Source: Leucoraja erinacea
Taxonomy: Eukaryota
Direction of reading: 5' to 3'
Assembly: GCF_028641065.1 (NCBI RefSeq)
Contig: NC_073398.1
Location: forward strand, 25,854,001-25,918,000
Length of the DNA: 64,000 nucleotides
The position numbers and the translations under genes were made by a program. Positions 52,781-64,000 of the stretch are shown here, one piece after another. The notes below the pieces were generated by a model, which saw only the letters and a program-made list of their open reading frames with translations, ran no database searches and had not been told where the DNA came from. Position 1 is the stretch's first letter. The number at the start of each line of letters is the position of its first letter.

Positions 52781-54069
52781 TGTGAGTGCAACTCCCACTC
52801 AGCCATCCAGCCTGTATTTCTATTCCTTTCCTCGTATTTTAGTCTACAATGTTGTCCCAGTGACTTTAGTTAGTCGTGGGACCCAGGCTATAAGTACTCA
52901 GTAAAGTATTTGCAAATGGGATATATTAAACAACCTGTAAACAACGTGGATAGGCAGTAGTTAGTCTGCTCATAATTTAAACAAACTTCCATCAGCTAAG
53001 TATTGTTTTTATGGGAGAAAAAATGTTAAACCCTTTTGGTACTTTGCACAATATAGCATTTATTTGTCCTTGTTCCATTCTTCCAAAACATCTTTCTTCC
53101 ACCCCCAACCAATCTCCCCCACTTTCTCCAGTGTCTGGAGTGGAAGTGGGCATGCAGGAATACTGGAGGCTTGGAGAATTCAAGGAGGCTTCACTGGAGG
53201 TTTGGAGAATTTGTCACCCAGAGAGTAGAGCCTGGACACAGAGAGGGTGCCCCCAGCCATGCTGCATGGGGAAGGGATGTGAATCATTTGGTTATCTGAC
53301 ACTGGCACTGTTGGAATGTTGGACATCAGAAAAGCCAAGTACTTGGGTATTGGAAAGGGGTGTGGTGAGTTCATTTATGTAGAGTGATGGAAGAGGAGCG
53401 ATTGTGGTCTGTGCTACCTAGCTTTGTGCTCCTGCTACTGGTCTACATTTACGCTGGCATTGCTATTGGTTTTATTGATCTATGCTAGTTCTGAGTAGTC
53501 CCGTGATATCAATCCTTACACGAACAGTGCACCTTTTTTTCTACCATGTTAAAATGCAATCATTGATTTTGTTCATTTGTGAGTTGTAAACAAAAATTCT
53601 CATCAATCTCATGGACCATAACAATGTGGATAGCAGCTGAATGAATAGTGCTGCTTCTGTTTATTATGTTTTATGATATATCCAGTTGATCCAAGTACCA
53701 CAGTATTGAATGGGTCCTAAATCGTCTGTGATATGGTCTAGTAGACTATTTGGTTGTAAAACATTCAGCAAATACTTTGGATGTTCTCCTAAGTTAAGCT
53801 GGATATCAGTGGTGCAGGCACATTGAACTGAATGGTGTTGTTCTGTGCCTCCATAATTCTAATAGACACAGTGACTGTAAAGTACTTTGTTTGCTAGGAA
53901 TGCAATCATCAAGATTTGTTAGCAAGGCAAGCTGTAGAAATACACAGGATTTGTTCTGAGAGCTATAGCAAGTCACTTGCCCCGAGTTACATTTTATCTT
54001 ATTGCTGGAATTTCTAAATGTATTATTATGGACATCAGGAGAATTTACAATTATATAACTATAATACAA

Positions 54070-54238
54070 CTAGACCAAGTGCAGACCCGTTGGGTCAGTT
54101 CCCCCAACGTGCGGTTGTGGGGGGGGAGGCGGCATGCAGCATCACACACTAACTACCTACCCCCCCCCCCCCCCCCCCCCCCCCCCCGCACTCACGCTAA
54201 TTACCCCCCTTGATATTATATTTATATTATTAATTTGC
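54070..54238 (-). mobile_element. Helitron-like 3' terminus
   Basis: Minus strand: hairpin GACCC-AAC-GGGTC, 10-nt spacer, then CTAG followed by T. Confidence 0.55.
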
Positions 54239-54249
54239 AAAATAGTAAT

Positions 54250-55195
54250 ATGACTACGCAACGACAATATGGATTTCTGAAATGGAAATCACTTTTCTGT
54301 TGGAATTAGCTGAGGTTGTAGCTCGTCAAATAGATAAGTATGAACCAATTGATGTCTGGACTTCCAGAGCACCAGTGATAAGATGCACAGATGAGATTAT
54401 TATGTAAAATTAGAGTGTAATGTTAGAGGTAATATATACAGACATGATTAAGGGTTAGCTAATGGCACAAAAACAGGTTTGAAACAAATGGTTCATTTTT
54501 GGATGGAGAGACTGTGACCACAGGCCCAGCTGTGGGTTGTCACCAGAATAGGTGCTACGGTCCTAACTATTTGGAATCTATATCAGTGAATTGGATGAGG
54601 GGCTCAAGTATAATATTTCGAAGTTTGTTGATGATTAAGTGCTTAGCAGCAGTCTTTCGTGGGGAAATTGCAGAGACTTCAGGAGAGTAGAGACAGACTT
54701 GGAGAATGGATCAGTACATAACAGTTCAAGTAAAATGTGTAATAAGTCGAGGGCATCTACTTTGGTTTAAAAAAAAAGTAGAAAGGCAGAATATTTTTAA
54801 ATAGCGTGTGAACGAAACGTGTTGCAGTTCTGAAGGACGTGAGTGTTCTATACAAATTACTGAAAGTCAATTTACAAATTCTGTAAGCAGTTGGAAAGGC
54901 AAACAGAAGACTGGTCTTTCATTGCAAAGTTGGGGACATCTTGCCCTAATTGTATCGCGCCCCAGTGAAAACACATCTGGAGTATTGGGGTGTGTCTCTC
55001 TACCTTAGGAAGGCTATACTTGCGATGGAGAGAATATTCATCACATCAATGGTAGGTTTGTCATGTGAGACAAAATTAAATAGTTCAGACATGAATGCTG
55101 AGTTTAGAATAAGAACTGATCTCAGTGAAGCAAGCAAAATTCTTATTGAATGTGTCCAGGTAGATACAAAGTTGATGTTTCCCCTAGCTGTGGTA
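54250..55195 (+). mobile_element. Old degenerate CR1 RT remnant
   Basis: caatatggatttctgaaatggaaatca (QYGF..GKS), LYRAPVKTHLEYW...LRKAILAMER. Confidence 0.65.
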
Positions 55196-55372
55196 TAAGA
55201 TTAGATTATTGAATGGTGGAGCAGATGTAAGGGGTGAAAAAGCAAATTTCTGTTACTTTTTTTGCCATCATTTACTTTTTTTACATCATAATTTGGCCCT
55301 ACATCTTTGCCCAATATTTTTGATGTCGGAATCAGCTAACATTTTGTTTTTGTTTATCATGCAGCTCCCACC

Positions 55373-55474
55373 ATGTTGAGTCGCCTGTCTGACCTGGCAA
55401 AAGGAGTCAACACTGTGCTGCAGGACCTCTCTGGGGAAGATGATGGAAATGCGACAAATGCATCCCAAGGAGCT
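55373..55474 (+). CDS. GOLGB1: Giantin-like first coding exon
   Basis: Acceptor at 55363-55364; donor GTGAGT at 55475. Confidence 0.9.
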
Positions 55475-58400
55475 GTGAGTAGTATAAACCCTAGGTTTAG
55501 CAATATTGGAGGAGGCAGCTGCAGTTCCTTTGTCATCCAGGTGTTGGGATTGGGAGGCGACTTCTATGCTGTTGTGTGTCATAAAGTAATATTGAGGTGT
55601 ACTATAGGAATATAAAGGAGCAGTAATTATCTCTTTAAATAGGTTTGTGTTAAAATTAATAATAATGGATCCAACATGGATGAATCGGGATCAGGTCTGG
55701 TAATAAGGTGAGAAATGGTTTTCAAAGTTACTGTCCGTTATGTTTGAGAGGTCTGTTACCCTGGACAATTAAAGGATTGTTGCCAAAAATAAACAATGGA
55801 CACCTGTAAATGGGTACTATCAGAGACCATAATTGGATCAGAAGCATAGTTGAAAGTGTATGTCAGCCTGACCAGCAAACGTTTTTCATTAAATTCCTAC
55901 ACTGGTCTTACAGGTTGCTGTGTGAAACACAAGACCATTTACTCTGTAACAGTGCAATGATGGTTCATTACGTTCCTGGAATGGAAGACTATTCAATGAG
56001 GAGAATTTATGTAGAATGCACTATACTCTGGAGTTTAGGAGATTAAAAAAGCATTTCATTGAAGTATGTTTGACTGTGTAGATGCTGCAAGCTTACTTGC
56101 TGAAGAGTTCAAAACTAGAGTCAAGATCTCAAGAAAAAAAATTGACTATAAGGTTGAAATTTATTTCACTGAGGTCATAAGATCATAAGTAATAGTAGAA
56201 TTAGACCATTTGCCCCATCAAGTCTACTCCTTCATTCAATCATGGCAGATCTATCTCTCCCTCCTAACTCAATTCCTTGCCTTCACCACATAACCTCTGA
56301 CACCTGTACTAATCTCTGCCTTAAAAATATCCACTGACTTGACCTCCACAGCCCCCTGTGGCAAAGAATTCCACAGATTCACCACGCTCTGACTACAGAG
56401 ATTTCGCCTCATCAGCTTTCTAAAAGAAGGTCCTTTAATTCAGAGGCTATGACCGCGAGTCCTAGACTTGCCCACTAGCGGAAACATCCTCTTCACATCC
56501 ACTCTATCCAAGCCTTTCATTATTCTGTATGTTTCAATGAGGTCCCCCCTCATTCTTCTAAAATCCAGCGAGTACAGGCCCAGTGCTGACAAATGCTCAT
56601 TATAGCTTAATCTACACATTCCTGGGATCATTCTTGTAAACCTCATCTGAACCCTCTCCAGAACCAGCACATCCTTCCTCAAATATGGTGCCCAAAGTTT
56701 CTCACAATTGAGGGTTGATAATGTTTGGAATTGTTTATTCCTGAGATCCGTGTACGTTCGGTCAATGAATATGTTCAAAAGAAGACAGATTTGGGGGCCA
56801 CTAAAGGAAATGAGAACCACAAGTGGGAAAGTAATGTAGAAGTTTAACCATGCTTGTATTAAATGGCAACTTGGGGGCCCATTTGACTTGGCCTAATATT
56901 ATTTTGTAATCCTACCGACCTATATACAGGGCAGTGTTTAAAGGTATAAAAGTATTAGCAGATTCCCCAGTAGGCTACAGCCATATATTAACTGCTTCTG
57001 ATTTCTTCTCATGTTTGAGCTGCTGTTTTGTGTGCAGGAGACCAGTCACCAGTCTGAACTGGAGATCAGTGGTGAGGCATCAGAAGATGTGGTGGAGCGC
57101 CTGGCACACACTGAACAGTTGGTCATTCAACTTAAGGAACTTATACGTGAGAAAGACACTCAACTACAGAGTAAAAATGTTGCATTAAAGGTATGTTAGG
57201 ACTTCAAATTTTGTCTGGAGTTTTAGCCCTAATCCTTTTTGGTACTCTATCATGCCCATTATAATACCCCCCTCTTAACTCATTGACAATTATATCAAAA
57301 ACTGTGATTTGATAGAAGAGGTTCTTCTAAATAAAGCAAAATGCAGGAAGATCTGGAAATATTCAGCAGGTCAGGCAGCATCTGTTTGGAGAGAAAAAAT
57401 GTTAATGCCCGAGGTCAATGATCTTTTATCAAGAGATTAGAATTCTGATATCACTGATTGGGGATTCCCACAAGTACTGTGCCAGAAAAGCTGCAGAAAG
57501 CTCTGCACAAAAGGATTTGGGGTTGATCACGCATGAAACAAGAAAAAACCAGCACATGTACCCAGAAAAAAGGGAAGACAAATAGGATGTTGCCACTTAT
57601 TTTAAAGGGGTTGCAGTATAAAAGCAGGGATGTCTTGCAGCAACATTACAAGGCACCAGTGAAACTACATCTGTAATACCTGGATAATTTTTGTCTCATC
57701 TTTAAAGAAAGGATTTAATGACAAGGCGGTTCTGAGAAGCTTTACTGAATGGTCTCAGGTATGGAGCAAGTATGTCCTGCAAGAAGAGTTTTAAAAGGTT
57801 GGAGCTCTATTCATTGAAATTTAGAAGAATGAGAGGTGATCTTATTTGAACCATGTGGGATTCTTAGCTCGGTGAGAGTGGGGTAGTGGGTTTGGCAGGG
57901 TAAATACCAAATGGATATTTATTTGCATGGGAGAGGCCAAAACCTGAGGACTTGATCGCAGAATAAGGGAGCACTACTTTAGCAATGAGTTGAGATTAGA
58001 ATTTATTCTTTTAGAGGGTTGTGAGTCTTTGGAACTACTTGCCACAGAGACTGTGAGGGCAAGAGTCTTTGGGTATATAAGGCTGAGAGAAATAGATTTC
58101 TAATCAGTAAAGGGATCAAAGGTTGTAGAGAAAAGACCAGAAAGGGAATGTAAGATCAGCTATGACAGAGAAGCCTCAAGGGACTGAATGATCTATGCAG
58201 GTTCCTGCTTCGTATGCCCCCACCTCTACCAATACAGTGTCATTCAATGCTGCAAGAGTCTTTTCATGATTGCATCTCTCCCAATGTATCTCTCCACATC
58301 TTCTTCAACATACCCAACTAAAATTATAGATCAAATTTTTATGGACCATGGTTTTGGGTTTCCCCAAATGAAAAAACTTGTTTTCTGATATTAATCTGAA

Positions 58401-61400
58401 GGTTTTTTAAATGTTTAGAAGACTTCCATCAAATTATTTCTAATATTTTCTGATATGTACTATTTATAAGCCTGCTATCATATTTCCAAATCTTATTTGC
58501 ATCTTCATCAGAAAATTTATGAAAAATATGTTTTATAATAGTGTCTGGAGCTATCCACTGCACCTAAGTGTAATTTGGACCTGAACCCCCCCCCCCCCCC
58601 CCCCCCCCAACCTTTTTTCCTATCATCCATCTTGGTCTGTGTTATCCTACATAAAGCAGGACTTTGTAATAAAACAGAACTGCAGATGTCGGTTTACACC
58701 AAAGATAGACACAAAATACTGGAATAACTCAGTGGGTCAGGCAGCATCTCAGAAGAAAATGGATAGGTAATGATTCGGGTCAGGAATTATCCATTTTCTC
58801 CAGAGATGCTGCCTGAAACGATGACGTACTTCAACATTTTGTGTCTATCTAGAGCAACACCATTTAATAACAGTGAATATGGAATAATTTCACAGGAGGA
58901 AAAGGAGCTCTGTGATGCCAGACTATCAAAGCTAAAACTACAGGCAAAGGCAAAGGTTGCATCATTGAATATCCGGATTGAAGAGCTGCAAAAGCAGTCA
59001 ACTTCCTCAACATCATCGCAACCAGCAAGGACCGACGAGCATGGTGCTGAAGTAAGGAGGTGGATTTGAATGCATATAAGAAAATGTTGTGATGACTGTC
59101 CTTATGAGTTAATACTTATGCACAAGAAATGAGTTAATGGAATCTGATTCATAATTTCAGAGTTTTCTGTTTTACTAATTCCAAACATAATACATATATT
59201 TTTAAGAATGCGACGAGAATCAGAGTGCAGAATCCAGGATCCCATAGTGTTCACACAGGGAAAAGAGTGTGAGCAACATCAGAAATAGGTGATGCTAAAT
59301 AATGGTTGATACAATACAGTGCACCGACCGCCCCCTGGTACATTATACACGTAACCTTCTAATGTGGTTTTGGAGGAGAGATAGGAGGTTAACTAGAAAG
59401 TATCCTATACTGCCAACATGGTCAACAAAAATGGCATTTTTATGGAAGATAGCCATCAGTGACTTTTATTTTGGAGCCCGGTCATGGAATTGTACAGATA
59501 CACACCCTTTTCAAAATGCTTCCCCTTGTCCTCTTTCTATCAGTAGCAACTGATTACTGAAATTACAAGTGGGTAAAGGTGGAATCAGAATGCGAGCAGA
59601 TTTTCTTTTTTAATCTTTGTACATGACCTGCTATGAAAGGATTAAAGTTTCTTGGATTCTGTTCTGTTTACTGTCATCTTCAGTTTGTTAATCCCTCTAT
59701 CACTTCATCCTGTGGCTCTTGACAGATGTTTGTTAAGATTAGGAGGCCGTTGGTTGCCGTGATTCAGTTTAAAACTCTGTTGAGCAGGTGGTAGACTCAA
59801 CGATATCCTTATCATAAAAATTCTGTTAGCTATGCCTCTAAAAGGCAATTCAGCTCTCGCCCTATCTCTTTAGCCATCCCCAGTTCGGAAACTTCACTTC
59901 ATGGCGTACCGTTCAAATGCACTACATGCTGTACCCTTTATACTTTATCTGTGCACTGTGAACACCTTGATTGTATTCACGTATGGTCTTTTTTTTGGGT
60001 AGCACGCAAACTTTTTTTTTACTGTAATCTACTAAACTAAACAGATTTCATGTGAAGGTTATCAACATAGCATTGGTAAAAGTGGAATAAATCTAACTTG
60101 GAGTAAGCTAGAGCCATCAAATACTAATCATGGTGCGATGCTGTGCAGGTGACCACTTATAACAATAGCTTGGGTACACAAAAATGCTGGAGAAACTCAG
60201 CGGGTGCAGCAGCATCTATGGAGCGAAGGAAATAGGTAACATTTCGGGCCGAAATTCTTCTTCAGACTGATAGGGGGTGGCAGGGAGAAGGAAGGAAAAA
60301 GGGAGGAGGAGGAGGAGGAGCCCGAGGGCTGGGGGATGGGAGGAGACAGCTCGAGGGCTAAGGAAGGGGAGGAAACAGCAAGGGCTAACAAAATTGGGAG
60401 AATTCAATGTTCATGCCTCCGGATGCAGGCTCCCCAAGCGGAATATGAGGTGCTGTTCCTCCAATTTCCGGTGTTGCTCACTCTGGCAATGGAGGAGACC
60501 CAGGACAGAGAGGTCGATTGGGAATGGGAGGGGGAGTTGAAGTGCTGAGCCACCGGGAGGTCAGGTAGGTTCTTGCGGACCAAGCGGAGGTGTTCGGCGA
60601 AACGATCGCCCAACCTCCGCTTTGTCTCACCGAGCTATAACAATAGCTTGTCTTGTTTAATTCCCCGGTGACTAAATTAACAATTGAGTAAAGGTAGAAT
60701 CAGTTTGGGAGCAGATTTTTCTTTAACCTTTAATTTGACCTGCTCTGAGAGGATTAAGGTTTTTGGATTCTGCTCTATTTACAGTCTGGTGGGATTTACT
60801 GATATTTTCCCCCCACCCATTTCAGCTATTGGCTCTTGACTTGGAAACATTCAAAATGATTTGCTCTGGATGGTCTAGTTACACATTTTATAAATTGAAC
60901 CACAAGCTGGTACTGAGTAGAATGACCTTATCATAGAGTCATACAGGATGGAAACAGGCCCTTTGGCCCAACTTGTCCATGCCAACCAAACTACAACCAA
61001 ATGGGACGTGGATGTACCTGCCCGCATCAGTAATAACTTGGGCCAGGATAGAGTGAGGGTGCTGCAATTAAATTTTATCTGATCTTTATTTGTCAAACTC
61101 GGTGAACTAAATATTACATAAAACTGCATAACTGTACCTTGATATAACACAGGATAGATATTAAATAAAGATACTTTTACAGTATCCTGCTAAACATGCA
61201 CAAGACAAGTAGAGTCGTGTTAAGTATAGACTAGTGCTCTCTCTTTATAAAAAAAATCAACATTTCTGGGCAGACCATGATTTAAATAGAAATTAAAATT
61301 TATGCATTGCTGCATTTCATAAGATGCTATTCTCCGATGTGCCATTTTGTAATATACTGAAGTAAAATGGGGAACTGGATCAGAATTCTTAAAGCACATT

Positions 61401-61698
61401 TCACTTAATAATACTGAACCACTGAAGTCTTCTGCTTGGCCTTTTTAGAATTTACGTTAAATAATTATACTAAGCTATGCCGTAGTTCATCTACATTGAA
61501 CTTGGTTTTCCTCTTAAACTACTTTTACAGGGGAGTGTGGAGCATCCATTGTATGATGAAAATGAGCAGCTCAAAGGTCAACTTCAGAAACACCAAGAGA
61601 GTTACAGGTCTCTACAGGCAACTGCTGAGAGTATGAAAGAACAACTTCAGGCTACTACTGAACGTCTGAAGCAGAAAGAAGCTGAACATGCACAAGAG
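55373..61698 (+). CDS. GOLGB1: Giantin / golgin subfamily B member 1-like, 5' partial; join 55373-55474,57038-57190,58896-59051,61531-61698
   Basis: MLSRLSDLAKGVNTVLQDLSGEDD..EDVVERLAHTEQLVIQLKELIREKDTQLQ..EEK..KLKLQAKAKVASLN..IEEL matches the giantin N-terminus; strong Kozak ccaccATG; all phase-0 GT-AG exons. Confidence 0.88.
56175..56700 (-). mobile_element. CR1 3' fragment
   Basis: [44 protein letters not shown]. Confidence 0.88.
57038..57190 (+). CDS. GOLGB1: Giantin-like coding exon 2
   Basis: ETSHQSELEISGEASEDVVERLAHTEQLVIQLKELIREKDTQLQSKNVALK; tgcAG / GTATGT. Confidence 0.9.
57505..58190 (+). mobile_element. Old CR1 3' fragment
   Basis: gaaatttagaagaatgagaggtgatcttatt; gagggttgtgagtctttggaac. 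Confidence 0.7.
58896..59051 (+). CDS. GOLGB1: Giantin-like coding exon 3
   Basis: EEKELCDARLSKLKLQAKAKVASLNIRIEELQKQ...; cacAG / GTAAGG. Confidence 0.9.
59553..59817. repeat. Intronic duplicated segment, copy A, with structured core 59573-59671
   Basis: Aligns with 60669-60934; the core is clearly more similar than the flanks. Confidence 0.75.
60173..60635 (-). mobile_element. Penelope-like element 3' end with 15-bp TSD
   Basis: GDRFAEHLRLVRKNLPDLPVAQHFNSPSH; TATAACAATAGCTTG at 60158-60172 and 60636-60650; same family as 49433-49930. Confidence 0.92.
60669..60934. repeat. Intronic duplicated segment, copy B, with structured core 60688-60782
   Basis: Aligns with 59553-59817. Confidence 0.75.
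61531..61698 (+). CDS. GOLGB1: Giantin-like coding exon 4 (coiled coil)
   Basis: GSVEHPLYDENEQLKGQLQKHQE...KEAEHAQE; ttttacAG / GTAAGG. Confidence 0.82.
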
Positions 61699-62000
61699 GT
61701 AAGGGACATATTGCTGGGAAAGAAGAAGTAGAGCATTGGGCAATATATTCTCTCCATTCTGCCATTAAATATTCACAGGACAGGTTGAACATTGGTCATT
61801 TCAATCTCAGGTAGTCATTTTGAGAGTTTATAACATTTAGTGAATTATGAATTCAAGAGAATGTTATGGTGTAGGAATTAATTTGAAAAATAAAACATTC
61901 AGACAAATTGTATTCAGCACCTGTGCATCCGACCTCTCGGCCCAGATAATAAGTCTTTGATTCTTTCTGTAGCTCATGCTCAGCCTTTGATTGCGCTTTT

Positions 62001-64000
62001 ATTCACAACAGCTGCTGTCGGGCATTATCTTAGAACACACGCACCGTCAGTGTTGTAGCAACCAGCGGAAGGAGCAGCACCGCGGGGCGGGGCAGGGGAG
62101 GAAGATCACAGAGCGCTCCGCCACTACACGACGGAACGAACGAAGCTGGGTAGAGAGTTAACGTTCTAGCGGTGTGTGACAAGGCCCAGAAGGTTCCAGC
62201 ATCACCGACCGTGTGCAGTTATACGTCTACACCACGGCAGACAGATAGACGCCCAGCTTCCTTTGTGCACAAAACGGGCGCAAAGTACACAAACTAGCCA
62301 CAACATTGCCGGCATCTACACTAGCGCAGATCATAGCCCTCACAATAGGGAGGGACTTTCTCTCCAGGTTCCGTAAAGCCCCACTCCTGGAACCGATGGG
62401 GAAGTTCGTCAGGGGCATTGGCATAACTACGAAAAGGCATCAGGACGGAGACCTCACCTGCCATGGGGACAGCTAGCTGGGTTCAACTCAACGAAAGTGG
62501 CATCGCGTGGTACGCGGCGAGTGGGGGAAGAAGGGACCGACATATAATGAGACGAAGCTATCCGCATAGCGTAGGTCAGGAAAGCCGAAGTTCAGTCCAT
62601 TTTACCTCGACGTGACAGAAACCCAACCACGTGTGCGCCACCAATCGGGACCGGTGGCCTTCTGCGGTGTCCTGCGCTTTCCGCAACGGAGACGAGACCT
62701 TCCACGAGTGGGGCTGCAAGGGTCGGACTGGTTTCATTCACCCTCGGCAGACTCACGGTCCCAATTAACGATTGACCAGGAAGCAAGAAAGGCTACCTTT
62801 TCGACCACAGAAGGTATGAGCAAATGTTACGGTGAGCGGGGCACACCGCGTTGGGAGCTGGTTTTTGGTCGGGGGCTTGATAGCCCTCGGGGGTGCGCAC
62901 GGCCGTTGTTCCCACGCGTCGGTGCCAAACACGAGAACGGACTGGACACGCGTGGTGAGGATCTCGAAAAGATTATAACTCAGGGAGAACTGGGGAGCAG
63001 GGGGACCCATTTATCGCAGATTAATTACACATTTTAAGGAGCCATTGCCTACACATTTTCACGGACACCTGCAACATTCGTGCATTGTAAAAGGAGCAAA
63101 GCGAACAAGGGGTGGTTCAGATGTATCAACATCACAGATATTCCTGGGGGACGTACCACGAGCGATCGGAAGACTGCTCATTGGCAATTAAAACCTGTAT
63201 CGGAGACGACGTCATTATACTCTCATGCGCTTCATGGAATAATTTCCTTCAGTGTAGAACATGTCAGACCAACATCGTCCAGTTTAGAGACCAACGAACC
63301 GGGCCACACGTGGCGGGTGGCCGTAAGGAGCCCACGGTGGAAAGTGCGGGGTGCAAGTATGCGGGAGAAAAGGAGCAACGGCAAGTCCTAGTGGATTTTG
63401 GAAAACAGGACGCCTTGACGGGGTAGGGTTTAAGAGAGAGAATGAGCGGAAGTTGCAGCAGGACCTGAGAGCTGGGAAGGAGTGCCGGAGGGAGCAAGCC
63501 TTGATTTTGGTAATCGTAAAGGGGGTTCTGCGGTTATGTAAAGCCAGAATGGGCAATCGTGCCTGCCGCTTGGGTCTGCAGTCGCAAAAAGGCGCAAGAT
63601 CAAATCAACGGGAACTGTGACTCTGAGAGCTGAAAAGTGCCACGGAGACACCTGTAAGGGGAAAACAACGAGTACCGAGAGAAGTCACTGGACGCTGAGC
63701 CCCTGCACAGCTCATCACGAACGCGTGTGTTAGCGCACAAAACGAGCTGGGCAGATACAGGACCACTAAACGTCTGCAAGACCGCGGTGTGAGAAACAAG
63801 GACATTGGATGAGTGACGGGCGTGGGTATACAAAACGCGCGAAAAGTCGTTGGGCAATAGAACTTGCGGCAAATGACGAACACATGTCACTAAGAGAAGG
63901 TGATCGGGTCCAGTGCGCGTCCCTGCCGTTCGGACGGGATCAGGAGCGGTGACAGAATATGTGGCGAAGTGAAGACGGGAAACGTTGAGTGGGGCAGGAA
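62001..64000. other. Compositionally anomalous block with no recognisable feature (left boundary approximate)
   Basis: GC rises to roughly 50-55% by eye with no CpG depletion; no repeat-family match, low-complexity run, exon or credible ORF. Confidence 0.7.

Noticed and set aside
62176-63890. Short ORFs in the terminal block as an operon or recoded gene
   Set aside because: No motif and no dominant coding strand; the best frame is interrupted by all three stop codons

Overview
Vertebrate genomic DNA, most likely a higher elasmobranch (skate, ray or shark), judging from an HE1-type V-SINE and abundant CR1/HER1 LINE debris. Four intron-containing genes were reconstructed by hand from GT-AG sites and reading frame. 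(1) 5' part of TYMP (thymidine phosphorylase, - strand, runs off the left end). (2) A complete 6-coding-exon ODF3B/CIMAP1-family gene (+, 16176-30726, 254 aa) that the ORF track mostly misses. (3) A complete 4-exon GCAP1-type guanylate cyclase-activating protein gene (-, 36303-46843, 188 aa). (4) The 5' end of a giantin/GOLGB1-like gene (+, CpG promoter near 51.7 kb, four coding exons). Introns and intergenic DNA hold CR1, Rex1/Babar, RTE-like and Penelope fragments, a decayed hAT transposase, MITE-like pieces, a Helitron-like end, a probable solo LTR and a 27-bp GC-rich VNTR. Most notable: a duplicated hairpin/pseudoknot-like motif in a giantin intron; inverted repeats sitting 40 nt either side of GCAP exon 2; Penelope hammerhead-ribozyme cores; two degenerate short-motif arrays; and a final ~2 kb whose composition does not look like vertebrate DNA and may be shuffled or artefactual. 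No CRISPR array or prokaryotic system is supported.
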